From positions 15,231-79,230 of the forward strand of contig CACGEW010000006.1 in the NCBI GenBank assembly GCA_902572345.1: 64,000 bases of DNA, given 5' to 3'. Source of the DNA: an uncultured Pelagibacteraceae bacterium. GTDB lineage: Bacteria > Pseudomonadota > Alphaproteobacteria > Pelagibacterales > Pelagibacteraceae. The position numbers were made by a program, and so were the translations under genes. The notes below the pieces were generated by a model, which worked only from the letters and a program-made list of their open reading frames with translations, did not search any database and was not told where the DNA came from. Position 1 is the first letter of the stretch, and each line of letters starts with the position of its first letter. Of this stretch, positions 28,576 through 37,176 are shown one piece after another.

Positions 28576-29184
28576 TTATTTATTTGCCTCTTTAAGAGCA
28601 AACTCAATTCTATCTTGACCCCAAAAAATTTTGCTATTAGCAACAAAAGTCGGTGCTCCAAAAATTCCTCTTTCATAGGCATCAGTAGTTTTTTTTCTCA
28701 GGGAGTCTTTTATTATTGAGGAAGTTGAGCGTAATACAAAAGTTTTTGGATTTATATTTAAATTTTTTAACACTTTATGAATTATAACTTCATCATTCAT
28801 ATTTAATCCATCCTGCCAAATTGTATTAAAAATATTATCTATATAATAATTTTTTACATTATCTTCTTCAGCAACTAGCACGCCGCGCATTAAATTTAAG
28901 CTCCGTATAGGAAAATATGAATTAAATTTAAACCTTACTCCATTTCTCTCTGCTATGAGCTTGCAATCTCTAATCATGTGTCTAGCCTTTGCAGGGATAA
29001 AAGCAGGAGCTTTAATTCCGTGTAAATTATGTAGGCCTCCCAATAGTATAGGATTATATTTTATTTTAATTCCCTCTTTATTTTCTATTTTTCTAATTTC
29101 TTTATGAGCAAGAAAAGAGTAAGGACTAACAAAGTCAAAATAAAATTCAAAAGGCTTAATCATTAAAGCTGATTTTTTTAGCAA
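28576..29184 (-). CDS. 2-hydroxychromene-2-carboxylate isomerase / DsbA-like family protein
   Basis: It has FEFYFDFVSPYSF at the N-terminus and GIFGAPTFV...FWGQDR at the C-terminus. Confidence 0.7.
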   Translation of the reverse strand: MLKKSALMIKPFEFYFDFVSPYSFLAHKEIRKIENKEGIKIKYNPILLGGLHNLHGIKAPAFIPAKARHMIRDCKLIAERNGVRFKFNSYFPIRSLNLMRGVLVAEEDNVKNYYIDNIFNTIWQDGLNMNDEVIIHKVLKNLNINPKTFVLRSTSSIIKDSLRKKTTDAYERGIFGAPTFVANSKIFWGQDRIEFALKEANK

Positions 29185-29626
29185 AGAAAATTCTAAAAAA
29201 CCAATAGATTACCAATCCTATCGGGCCGGAAAAATATGTTAAAATTAAAGAGGGAATAGTAATCACTTTAGGTATAAAATATTTTTTACTATCTCTTACA
29301 ATCCATGATCCAGCAAATAAACTAATAGCTAAAAAATGCAGCCAAAAAATTAACAATAAAGCCTCATTGGCAAACATTGAATAAAGCCCGTCTAATCCCG
29401 AATATAATTCAAAACCGTCAAAAATGTTTCCTTCTTGATAAATCAAATAAGACAAATAAGCATAACTAATTGCTAAGAGAAGCGGTACAATAATTGACTG
29501 AGTTAGAAAATTTGTTATCTGGTGATTAGGAGTAAAAATTAATAATAACCAAAAAGGTATCACCCCCCAGTTAGCAACTAAATAAATATTTTCATAAGTT
29601 AATAAAGACAATAAATTATTTATCAT
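29156..29626 (-). CDS. DUF4281 (ABA4-like) membrane protein
   Basis: It is a four-TM protein, and the pattern ANWGVIPFWLLLIFTP is typical of the family. Confidence 0.5.
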   Translation of the reverse strand: MINNLLSLLTYENIYLVANWGVIPFWLLLIFTPNHQITNFLTQSIIVPLLLAISYAYLSYLIYQEGNIFDGFELYSGLDGLYSMFANEALLLIFWLHFLAISLFAGSWIVRDSKKYFIPKVITIPSLILTYFSGPIGLVIYWFFRIFFAKKISFND

Positions 29627-29652
29627 TAAAAATAATATAGTATATTAGACTA

Positions 29653-30213
29653 ATGAATCCCACAGTTAATAAAAGTGATTTTGAAGATTTGACTACAAAT
29701 CTTAAAGACTTAGCTTATTCATATTTAGAAAAATATAGTCCCTCAAAACAACAGTTAAAAGTTTATCTGCTTAAAAAATATTTAACTAAAATAAAGGGCA
29801 CTAAATCCAAAAAAGAAGTTACTATAATTATAGACAAAATTATTTCAAATCTTGAGAAAAATAGAATTTTAAACGATGAAATGTATTCCGATTCAAAAGC
29901 AAGAATGTTTTTAAGAAGGGGTTATTCATTAAATAAGATTAACCAATCATTAAGAATTAAAGGAATAGATAGTAAATTTATTAAGCAAAGTATTGATAAA
30001 ATTAAAGAGGATGAAATAGAGCCAGATTTTGTTTCTGCTTTAAAATTATGTAAAAGAAGAAGAATAGGTCCTTTAAGGCCAGAAGATAACAGAGAATTAT
30101 TTTATAAAAAAGATATGGGTATTCTAGCAAGAGGAGGTTTTAGTTTTGAATTATCAAAAAGAGTTTTAGATTTAGAAAAAACTGAGTTTAATAAACTACT
30201 CAAGATTATCTGA
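29653..30213 (+). CDS. recX: RecX-like regulatory protein
   Basis: The 186-aa product shows a repeated three-helix pattern (SKQQLKVYLLKK, NDEMYSDSKARMFLRRGYSLNKINQSLRIKGI) like RecX. Confidence 0.5.
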   Translation: MNPTVNKSDFEDLTTNLKDLAYSYLEKYSPSKQQLKVYLLKKYLTKIKGTKSKKEVTIIIDKIISNLEKNRILNDEMYSDSKARMFLRRGYSLNKINQSLRIKGIDSKFIKQSIDKIKEDEIEPDFVSALKLCKRRRIGPLRPEDNRELFYKKDMGILARGGFSFELSKRVLDLEKTEFNKLLKII

Positions 30214-30339
30214 CTTTCTTCTTTTTTCTTCTTCAACTAAAATATCTAGTTTCCTTTTCAAAGCATTTCTAACCAATATAAAAAACAAAACACCAAAAAA
30301 AGTTACTGATAAAATAATTATTGCAATGGTCTTAGTCAT
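30196..30339 (-). CDS. Candidate 47-aa single-TM protein (not in the ORF track)
   Basis: My manual translation is MTKTIAIIILSVTFFGVLFFILVRNALKRKLDILVEEEKRRKSDNLE. Its ATG overlaps the cysQ stop (ATGACTAA), and the 3' end overlaps convergent recX by 18 nt. Confidence 0.3.
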   Translation of the reverse strand: MTKTIAIIILSVTFFGVLFFILVRNALKRKLDILVEEEKRRKSDNLE

Positions 30340-31111
30340 TTAAATTTTTTGATCTTTTAATTAACAAACTTGGATTTCTGTAGTCTTCTTTGCCATATAA
30401 AAATGGTTTTTCATCCAAAGTTTTAATAATTGCGCCAGCGTTTTGAGCTACTGCATGGCCAGCGGCATAATCCCATTCGTTAGCCCTTTCTCTAGCAGCA
30501 TAAACATCATATTCTCCAGTCGCTATCACACAGAATTTATAAGAACTAGCCATTTTAACTATTGAAGTAACATTAAATTCTTTTAATTTATTTAAAATAA
30601 TATTCGAAGGTTTTATTACGCTTGATAGTGCTACAATTTTTCCTTTTGGCTGTTGTTTTTTGCAACTAATTTTTTGAGTTTTGCCGTTCTCAATTAAATA
30701 ACTTTCTCCTGGACCATAAGAATAAAAAAGTCTATTTTTTTTTGGAACACCTACGACACCGAGCACTGGAACAGTATTAATTACTAAAGCCGCATTAAGT
30801 GTGTATTCGTCTTTGCCAGCAATATATTCTTTAGTTCCATCAATAGGATCTATGAGCCAAAATATCTTGGCTTCATTCTTTTTATCTAAATCTACAGTTT
30901 CTTCCGAAACTATAGGTATATTCGGAGTAAGGTCATTAATTTTATTTGTGATTAATTCATTAACTTTTAGATCTCCATTACTTACAGGAGAGTTGTCTTT
31001 TTTAATTTCAATTTGCAAGCCTTTTTTATAAAGATCAATAGATATCCTCCCAGCATCGTTAAAAGTATTAATTAAATTTTCACTAATGGTTTTTAACTCA
31101 CTCGGTTTCAT
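30332..31111 (-). CDS. cysQ: 3'(2'),5'-bisphosphate nucleotidase (IMPase superfamily)
   Basis: It has the motifs PIVSEE, WLIDPIDGTKEY and WDYAAGHAV. Confidence 0.7.
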   Translation of the reverse strand: MKPSELKTISENLINTFNDAGRISIDLYKKGLQIEIKKDNSPVSNGDLKVNELITNKINDLTPNIPIVSEETVDLDKKNEAKIFWLIDPIDGTKEYIAGKDEYTLNAALVINTVPVLGVVGVPKKNRLFYSYGPGESYLIENGKTQKISCKKQQPKGKIVALSSVIKPSNIILNKLKEFNVTSIVKMASSYKFCVIATGEYDVYAARERANEWDYAAGHAVAQNAGAIIKTLDEKPFLYGKEDYRNPSLLIKRSKNLND

Positions 31112-31280
31112 TTTTTACTCTCTCAAGATTAACATTTTCAACATTAATTACTCTTTTGCCATAATTTTCAAAATTTACCGTAACCTTGTTACCAATTATT
31201 GACTGAACTTGTCCGATTCCCCAATTTTTGTTTGTAGGATTTATAACATAATCCCCTGGTTCAAAATCAATAAGCATCAT
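31098..31280 (-). CDS. DUF3553 family protein
   Basis: The 60-aa product has the pattern [30 protein letters not shown]. Confidence 0.55.
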   Translation of the reverse strand: MMLIDFEPGDYVINPTNKNWGIGQVQSIIGNKVTVNFENYGKRVINVENVNLERVKNETE

Positions 31281-31316
31281 GGAAAATTATTCTTTTTTCG
31301 ATTATACACTTTAATA

Positions 31317-32456
31317 ATGAATTCACTAGGAATTAATAAACCAAAAAAAGAAACTAAAGTGGTTGTTGCAATGTCTGGTGGGGTTGACTCATCCGTAGTA
31401 GCGGCTCTTATGAAGGAAGAAGGTTATGACGTTACTGGCATAACATTAAAATTATATGATGATAGCAAGCAATCAAAAGAGGGCAGACAATGTTGTGCTG
31501 GACAAGATATTTTAGATGCTAAAAGGGTATCAGAGAAAATAAATATTAATCATAAAATTTTATTTTATCAAAAAAAATTTAAATCAGAAGTTATAGACTC
31601 TTTTATAGATAGCTATGCAGCAGGTGAAACACCGATACCATGTGTTCAATGCAATCAAACAGTAAAATTTAGAGATTTATTCATATATGCAAAAGAACTA
31701 AAAGCTGATGCGCTTGTAACCGGTCATTATGTCTCTAGAGTTCAAGTTAATGGACACGCTAATATGTACAGGGCTAAAGATCAAAATAGAGACCAAAGTT
31801 ATTTTTTATTTAGCACTACTCAAGAACAGTTAGATTATCTTAGATTTCCATTAGGAGAAATTGACAAATCAGAAACAAGGTTAATAGCAGAAAAATTAAA
31901 ATTAAATGTTGCTTCAAAACCAGATAGTCAAGACATTTGTTTTGTTCCTAATGGCGATTATGCTTCAGTAATAAAAAAATTTAGACCTGAGTCATTTAAG
32001 CCTGGAAAAATTCTAGATCTTCAAGGTAATACATTAGGAGAGCATGACGGAATTATTAATTATACGATAGGCCAAAGGAAAGGAATCAAGATTGCTAGTA
32101 GTAAACCATTGTATGTTGTTAATATAAACGCCGAAAACAACACTATAATTGTTGGTAGCAAAGAATGTCTTGAGGTTAAAGAAATTAAACTAAGAGATTT
32201 AAATATCTTAGGATCCACTGAAGAATTTAATGAAATTATAAATATCAAAGTTAGATCAACAGGGAGACTGTTAAAAGCTAAAATAAAAATTGAAAAAAAT
32301 TTAGCTGATGTGGAAATTTTAGACAAAGAAACAGGAATTTCTCCAGGACAAGCCTGCGTATTTTATTCTAAAGACAATGTTGGGGATAAAGTGTTGGGAG
32401 GCGGATGGATTCTTAAGACTTATAATAAGAATTTATCCACCAAGTTAACAACCTAA
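31317..32456 (+). CDS. mnmA: tRNA 2-thiouridine(34) synthase
   Basis: It has the PP-loop [13 protein letters not shown] plus CCAGQD, TGHY and RDQSYFL motifs. I placed the start at MNSLGINKP. The tracked start at 31209 would overlap the DUF3553 gene on the other strand. Confidence 0.9.
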   Translation: MNSLGINKPKKETKVVVAMSGGVDSSVVAALMKEEGYDVTGITLKLYDDSKQSKEGRQCCAGQDILDAKRVSEKININHKILFYQKKFKSEVIDSFIDSYAAGETPIPCVQCNQTVKFRDLFIYAKELKADALVTGHYVSRVQVNGHANMYRAKDQNRDQSYFLFSTTQEQLDYLRFPLGEIDKSETRLIAEKLKLNVASKPDSQDICFVPNGDYASVIKKFRPESFKPGKILDLQGNTLGEHDGIINYTIGQRKGIKIASSKPLYVVNINAENNTIIVGSKECLEVKEIKLRDLNILGSTEEFNEIINIKVRSTGRLLKAKIKIEKNLADVEILDKETGISPGQACVFYSKDNVGDKVLGGGWILKTYNKNLSTKLTT

Positions 32457-32513
32457 ATTATTGCTCGTTAAAAGTGATAACAATTTTTTAAAGATATGAT
32501 TTAATTTAATTAA

Positions 32514-32655
32514 TTAAGAGGCAACTCTTAACTGACCAATTAAGGAAAAACCGAGAGGTTCAAGCTTAAAGGGCAGAAAGGTGAACCTAGTAGCGCTAGA
32601 ATAGTTCATCGGGACGGCTTGGCGGTAGCGCCTACAACGACGAGCCAAAACTACT
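32514..32655. ncRNA. Unclassified GC-rich structured RNA candidate (orientation unresolved)
   Basis: The region lies between convergent genes. Bases 32551-32646 hold 53 G+C of 96 nt by hand count, against a roughly 30% background. I see a hairpin TTAAGAG-GCAA-CTCTTAA (32514-32531), a stem AGGTTCA/TGAACCT (32556-62 with 32582-88) and a stem GCGCTA/TAGCGC (32593-98 with 32626-31). No coding potential is apparent. Confidence 0.4.
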
Positions 32656-32683
32656 AAATTTCTGGGCGAAAGCCTAGAAATTT
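32656..32683 (-). terminator. 12-bp hairpin with GNRA/UUUC loop overlapping the stop codon of the 32682-33383 gene
   Basis: The sequence AAATTTCTGGGC-GAAA-GCCTAGAAATTT has one G-U pair. On the minus strand it is followed by AGTAGTTTTGG. It could instead be the 3' hairpin of the adjacent RNA candidate. Confidence 0.45.
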
Positions 32684-33383
32684 ACGTGGTTCTTCTCCAA
32701 AAAAATCTTGTCAATACGTAAAAAAATATTACTCCAACAAAATAGTTCCACTCTAACGCATGTTTGAAGTGTGTATTCCCTTTATCTAAAAGTATAGGTA
32801 AACTTAACACAGCTACAATAGCCAAGATTGAAACCAATAAAGCTTTCAAAATTAAAACTTTTTTATTTATTAAATTTGTAATTTTATCTTTAATTTTAAA
32901 CAAGTGATAGACAAGAACTCCTTGAGCAATAAGTTCAAATATTATGAACAATAATAATATAACTCGTCTCATTAGTTTATAAATTTGTATATCAAATTTT
33001 ATTCCAAGAAAAATGGAGTGTATTGCTAAGAAAATAGCAGATAAAATTCCAAAAGTTTTAAACTTGTGATCGAAATTAGTAGAATTTAACTTATTGATTA
33101 AATTATTATTATTTTTCCAATAGTAATATAGCGTTATCGCTGTAATTATCATTGCTGGCTTGAAAATTAAATATTGAGGAAATGTTCTTGAAGCCCTACT
33201 AATTGAGAGACTGCCGTCCAAATAAGGTATGGAGAAACCAGACCGACCAATTTGATCTACTGTAAAAAAAGTATTCTCTAATAATTGAGGATTTTGAGAA
33301 ATAAATAGACAAAGGTTTATAGCTATTAAAGGTAAAAAAAATATCCATAAACTCAACTTTCTTATTTGAGTTATCTCATTCAT
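32682..33383 (-). CDS. Integral membrane protein, unknown function
   Basis: The 233-aa product has about 6 predicted TM helices. No family was recognised. Confidence 0.5.
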   Translation of the reverse strand: MNEITQIRKLSLWIFFLPLIAINLCLFISQNPQLLENTFFTVDQIGRSGFSIPYLDGSLSISRASRTFPQYLIFKPAMIITAITLYYYWKNNNNLINKLNSTNFDHKFKTFGILSAIFLAIHSIFLGIKFDIQIYKLMRRVILLLFIIFELIAQGVLVYHLFKIKDKITNLINKKVLILKALLVSILAIVAVLSLPILLDKGNTHFKHALEWNYFVGVIFFYVLTRFFWRRTT

Positions 33384-33397
33384 AGAATTTAGATTAA

Positions 33398-33481
33398 TTA
33401 TTTTTTCTTATTTCTTTTTCTTGCTCTTCTTTTTTTTGAACCTATTTTTCTTCTGCCACGGTGTTTTTTTGGATAACCCAT
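33398..33481 (-). CDS. Candidate 27-aa ultrabasic micro-protein (not in the ORF track)
   Basis: My manual translation is MGYPKKHRGRRKIGSKKRRARKRNKKK. A GGAGGC sequence lies 6-7 nt upstream of the ATG (33488-33493 on the + strand as GCCTCC). The stop is 14 nt upstream of the next gene's ATG. Confidence 0.3.
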   Translation of the reverse strand: MGYPKKHRGRRKIGSKKRRARKRNKKK

Positions 33482-33546
33482 ATTTTTGCCTCCTTTTAGT
33501 ATCTTAATTAGACAATTAATATATAAAGATCAATTATAATTATAAT

Positions 33547-34743
33547 ATGAAAAAGTCCATAAAGACATTTCTTAAACATCCCACAAAAGATAGTTCAAAT
33601 AGATCTGCAAACCCAGCTGTAATAAGAGCTTCTACTATTCTTTTTAATACTATGCAGGAACTTTATCAGCATGAAAAAAAAATAAAAAAACACCAAAAAA
33701 TAAGCCATTATAGTTACGGTCGTTATGGAAGCTCTACCACAATAGAGTTAGAAAATATGCTGAAAGAATTAGAGCAAGCATTTCACGTATTTTTAACAGG
33801 AACTGGCTTTGGCGGTGTAGCTTTAGCGATCATGAGTTTATGCAGGCCAGGGGACGAAATATTAGTTTCTGATAATGTTTATGGGCCAACTAAAGAAATC
33901 TCCGAAAAGTTACTTAAAGAATTTAATGTTACAGCGAAATTTTACAATCCAGATTCATTTGAAGACTTAAAAAATAAAGTAACAAAAAAAACAAAAATGA
34001 TATTAGTCGAAAATCCAGGGAGCAATACTTTTGAGTTTCAAGATTTATCAAAAATTGTAAATTTAGCGAAAAGAAAAAAAATATTTACTTTTCTTGATAA
34101 TACATGGGGCACTCCATTATATCTTAAACCATTAAAACTAGGATTTGATATGTCCTTTTCATCAGCAACAAAATATTTTTCAGGTCATTCAGATGCAATG
34201 GGAGGCTCATTAGCAGTAAATAAAAAAGTTTTTAAACAAATAATGTTTTTTTATAAACTTTCAGGGTACAGAATGTCTGCTGATGAAGCTTATTTAATTA
34301 TTAGGGGACTGAGAACATTAGACACAAGATTAAACGCTCATTACGAAAATACTAAACAAGTAATTAACTTCTTGAAAAGACAGAAAAAAGTAAAAGAAAT
34401 TTTGTATCCATACAATCCCACAAGCAAAAATTATAAATTATGGAAAAAATATTATTCAGGTGCAACTGGATTACTATCAATAGTAATTAAAAGTAAAAAA
34501 AAATCCTCAGTTATTAAATTTGTAAATTCTTTAGAACTTTTTGGCATTGGTTATAGCTGGGGTGGATTTGAGAGCCTTGCAATACTTCAAGAACTTAGAT
34601 CAAATAAAAAAGGTGAATATATCCAAGGAAGAAATTATTTCAGATTTAACAAAGATGAACATATAGTAAGATTACATATTGGTCTTGAAGATCCTAAAGA
34701 TCTAATTAATGATTTAAAAAATTCTTTAAGGTACATAAATTAA
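33547..34743 (+). CDS. metC: Cys/Met-metabolism PLP enzyme, cystathionine beta-lyase-like
   Basis: It has the PLP-lysine motif SATKYFSGHSD, a length of 398 aa and a HIGLEDPKDLINDL C-terminal motif. Confidence 0.7.
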   Translation: MKKSIKTFLKHPTKDSSNRSANPAVIRASTILFNTMQELYQHEKKIKKHQKISHYSYGRYGSSTTIELENMLKELEQAFHVFLTGTGFGGVALAIMSLCRPGDEILVSDNVYGPTKEISEKLLKEFNVTAKFYNPDSFEDLKNKVTKKTKMILVENPGSNTFEFQDLSKIVNLAKRKKIFTFLDNTWGTPLYLKPLKLGFDMSFSSATKYFSGHSDAMGGSLAVNKKVFKQIMFFYKLSGYRMSADEAYLIIRGLRTLDTRLNAHYENTKQVINFLKRQKKVKEILYPYNPTSKNYKLWKKYYSGATGLLSIVIKSKKKSSVIKFVNSLELFGIGYSWGGFESLAILQELRSNKKGEYIQGRNYFRFNKDEHIVRLHIGLEDPKDLINDLKNSLRYIN

Positions 34744-35963
34744 TGTTTAATTTTATTCCTAACAGGCTTGCTCTTATAGTTCTTATTTCAGCTTGTAGTA
34801 TCATTTTAATCTCAATGGGTTTAAGACAAACATTTGGTTTGTTTTTTTCTGCATTTGAAGAGGGCCTTGGATGCACCAGAACAGAATTTGGTTTAGCAAT
34901 CGGAATTCAAATGCTTTTTTGGGGTATGTTTGCGCCATTATTTGGTTTGTTGGCAGACAAACTTGGAGGAAACAAAGCTGTCTTTATCGGATTTATAATT
35001 TTTGGTCTTGGTATTTATATGCTTTATGCAGGGCCTAACACAGGTATCTATTTCCAAATTAGTTTAGGTGTTCTAGTAGGTATTGCTCTTGGCGCAACAG
35101 CAATAGGTGTTCCTGTTTCTGAAGTTGGAAAACATTTCCCTAATGAAACAAGAACAATCGCGACTGGTATTGTAACTGCAGCTGCTTCAGTTGGTTATTT
35201 TTTATCTCCGTTATTTACAAAATATAGTCTTGGCTTAGTGGGCTGGGAGCAAACATTGAAATATTTTATGTACTTTATAGCACTTGGACTTTTGGCCTCT
35301 CTTTTTTTATTTCCATCAAAATCTATTTTAAATTCTTCTCAAGTCGATAGAGATCAAACTTTTATGTCAGCAATAAAAGAGGCTTTCACTCATAAAGGTT
35401 ATATTTTATTAGTTTTAGGTTTTTTTGTATGCGGTTTTCAAATTACGTTAGTAGGTACTCATGTGCCTGGTTATATGCAAGATAGAGGAATGGGCGGATG
35501 GTCTGCTACAATAATTTTAGCGTTAATTGGTTTTTTCAATATTTTTGGAACTTTAGGTATGGGCTACTTGGGAACAAAATATAAAAAGAAAAATCTATTG
35601 TGTATTCTCTATGCATTAAGAGCTTTTAGTATTTGTATATTTATTTTTTCTCCACCTTCTCTACTTAACTCAATTATTTTTGGAGTTACATTTGGACTTT
35701 TATGGCTTTCGACTGTCCCTCCTACTAATGGAATTGTTGCTCAAATTTTTGGAACAAAATATTTAAGTACTTTGTTTGGAATAGTTTTCTTATGCCATCA
35801 GTTTGGGGCTTTCGCTGGTGCTTTTCTTGGAGGATATTTCTACGATGCTTATGGCTCATATGACTATGCCTGGTATATGGCTATTGCACTTTCCATCTTT
35901 GCAACAGCTGTACATTTTCCAATTGACGAGAGAAGACTGGTTCGTGTTGATAAGTCTATCTAA
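34743..35963 (+). CDS. MFS transporter
   Basis: It has 12 TM segments and a GLLADKLGGNK loop motif. Its start overlaps the metC-like stop. Confidence 0.8.
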   Translation: MFNFIPNRLALIVLISACSIILISMGLRQTFGLFFSAFEEGLGCTRTEFGLAIGIQMLFWGMFAPLFGLLADKLGGNKAVFIGFIIFGLGIYMLYAGPNTGIYFQISLGVLVGIALGATAIGVPVSEVGKHFPNETRTIATGIVTAAASVGYFLSPLFTKYSLGLVGWEQTLKYFMYFIALGLLASLFLFPSKSILNSSQVDRDQTFMSAIKEAFTHKGYILLVLGFFVCGFQITLVGTHVPGYMQDRGMGGWSATIILALIGFFNIFGTLGMGYLGTKYKKKNLLCILYALRAFSICIFIFSPPSLLNSIIFGVTFGLLWLSTVPPTNGIVAQIFGTKYLSTLFGIVFLCHQFGAFAGAFLGGYFYDAYGSYDYAWYMAIALSIFATAVHFPIDERRLVRVDKSI

Positions 35964-35982
35964 GGTTGTATTTTGAGTCTCA

Positions 35983-36015
35983 AAGTGAATCAAAAGTGAA
36001 TCAAAAGGTGAACAT
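35983..36015 (+). repeat. Three tandem 11-nt units (AAGTGAATCAA x2, then AAGGTGAACAT)
   Basis: The direct repeat is read straight from the sequence. A fourth AAGTG core occurs near 36034. It lies in the 140-nt spacer upstream of the CADD-like gene. Confidence 0.6.
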
Positions 36016-36103
36016 TCTAATAGCTCAACCATAAAGTGTGGATAATTTTTTTGTTTAATCCAATGGTTTTTTTTAATACGCTTTAGATAACAAAGGAGTC
36101 ACA

Positions 36104-36769
36104 ATGTTTTCAAAAAAATTAAACGAAAAATTAGATCAATACCATTTATTAAAACACCCTTTTTATAAATCATGGAATGATGGGAAACTTACTAGAGAAA
36201 TTATCAAAGATTATGCTGAGCAATATTACCAACACGTGAAGGCCTTCCCTAGATATATAAGCGCAACTCACTCATTATGTGAGGATATTGAAAAAAGAAA
36301 AATTCTTTTAGAAAATCTGCAAGATGAAGAAAATAAAGATGCAGATCATCCAAAACTATGGAAAAACTTTGCAACAGAAATGGGAGCAGACTCTGAGAAA
36401 ATTGAAAATGTAAAGCAAGAAACTTTTACAAAAGATTTAATTGAAAATTTTTTCATACAAGGAAGAGCATCGTATGCTGAAGGATTGGCGTCCTTATATA
36501 CTTACGAAAGACAAATTCCTGAAATTGCAGAAACAAAAATACAAGGTCTCAAAAATCATTATGGTTGCAGCTCAAAAAAAGGACTAGAATTTTTTGAAGC
36601 TCATAAATCAGCTGATGTTCACCATAGAGCAGAATGTGAAAAATTATTAGACGGTTTATCTAAAGAAGAGCAAATTAAAGCAGAAAAAGCTGCGTTATCG
36701 ACTGCAAAATATCTTTGGAATTTTCTAAGTGGTATGTCTGTGAAACATAATCTTCAAGCAGCAGCTTAA
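36104..36769 (+). CDS. CADD/PqqC-like heme-oxygenase-fold di-metal protein (CADD-type p-aminobenzoate synthase family)
   Basis: There is strong similarity by eye to Chlamydia CADD (CT610): HPFYKSWNDGKLT, YYQHVKAFPRYISA, LLENLQDEEN...HPKLW, LYTYERQIPEIA and EAHKSADVHH. Confidence 0.7.
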   Translation: MFSKKLNEKLDQYHLLKHPFYKSWNDGKLTREIIKDYAEQYYQHVKAFPRYISATHSLCEDIEKRKILLENLQDEENKDADHPKLWKNFATEMGADSEKIENVKQETFTKDLIENFFIQGRASYAEGLASLYTYERQIPEIAETKIQGLKNHYGCSSKKGLEFFEAHKSADVHHRAECEKLLDGLSKEEQIKAEKAALSTAKYLWNFLSGMSVKHNLQAAA

Positions 36770-36778
36770 GTTTTTCTA

Positions 36779-37159
36779 ATGAAAAATGATAATCACAAGT
36801 GGGATAATAAACATCCCACTGCACAAATGCTTGGACGTTGGCAACCTTGGCATGCAGGACATCAAAAACTTTTTGAAGAGACTCTTAAAAAAACAGGACA
36901 AGTAAACATAATGGTAAGGGATGTTAAAGGCGTTGATGATAATCCGTTTGATTTTGAAACTGTAAAAAAAAATATTTTTGAAGCTCTAAAAGATTATAAA
37001 AATAGAATTCAGGTAACTTTAGTCCCAAACATAACCAATATTTGTTATGGAAGAGGAGTAGGCTATAAAATAGAAGAGATTGTTTTAGACGAAAAAACGC
37101 AACAGATTTCAGCAACAAAAATCAGAGAACAGATGAGAAAAGAGGGTAAACTTAAATAA
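36779..37159 (+). CDS. Small cytidylyltransferase-like nucleotidyltransferase
   Basis: It has a GRWQPWHAGH (HxGH) motif and an ISATKIR motif. The length is 126 aa. Confidence 0.6.
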   Translation: MKNDNHKWDNKHPTAQMLGRWQPWHAGHQKLFEETLKKTGQVNIMVRDVKGVDDNPFDFETVKKNIFEALKDYKNRIQVTLVPNITNICYGRGVGYKIEEIVLDEKTQQISATKIREQMRKEGKLK

Positions 37160-37176
37160 TTGATAACCATTCTCAC

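Noticed and set aside
31209-31316. An N-terminal extension of mnmA in the track ([15 protein letters not shown]...)
   Set aside because: It would overlap the DUF3553 gene on the opposite strand by about 70 nt. Conserved MnmA starts just before the PP-loop, and the ATG at 31317 fits.
32556-32640. Resemblance of the GC-rich element to SRP RNA, the c-di-GMP-I riboswitch or the Mn (yybP) riboswitch
   Set aside because: The SRP core (GGAA tetraloop with AGCA) is absent. GGGACG and AGTAGC match only fragments of the GEMM-I and yybP cores. No downstream gene exists for a riboswitch on either strand.
32628-32676. A tmRNA-like tag region: AACGACGAG...AAAACTAC resembles the E. coli ssrA tag-coding sequence AACGACGAAAACTAC
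   Set aside because: No frame gives an Ala-start tag with a hydrophobic-Ala-Ala end. No tRNA-like acceptor/T-arm (GGTTCGA...CCA) or GGATTCGAC element is present. The space is too short for an alphaproteobacterial two-piece tmRNA gene.
35970-35982. The TTGAGTCTCAA palindrome right after the MFS gene, as a possible terminator
   Set aside because: The stem is only 5 bp with a 1-nt loop and has no U-tract, so it is too weak to call.
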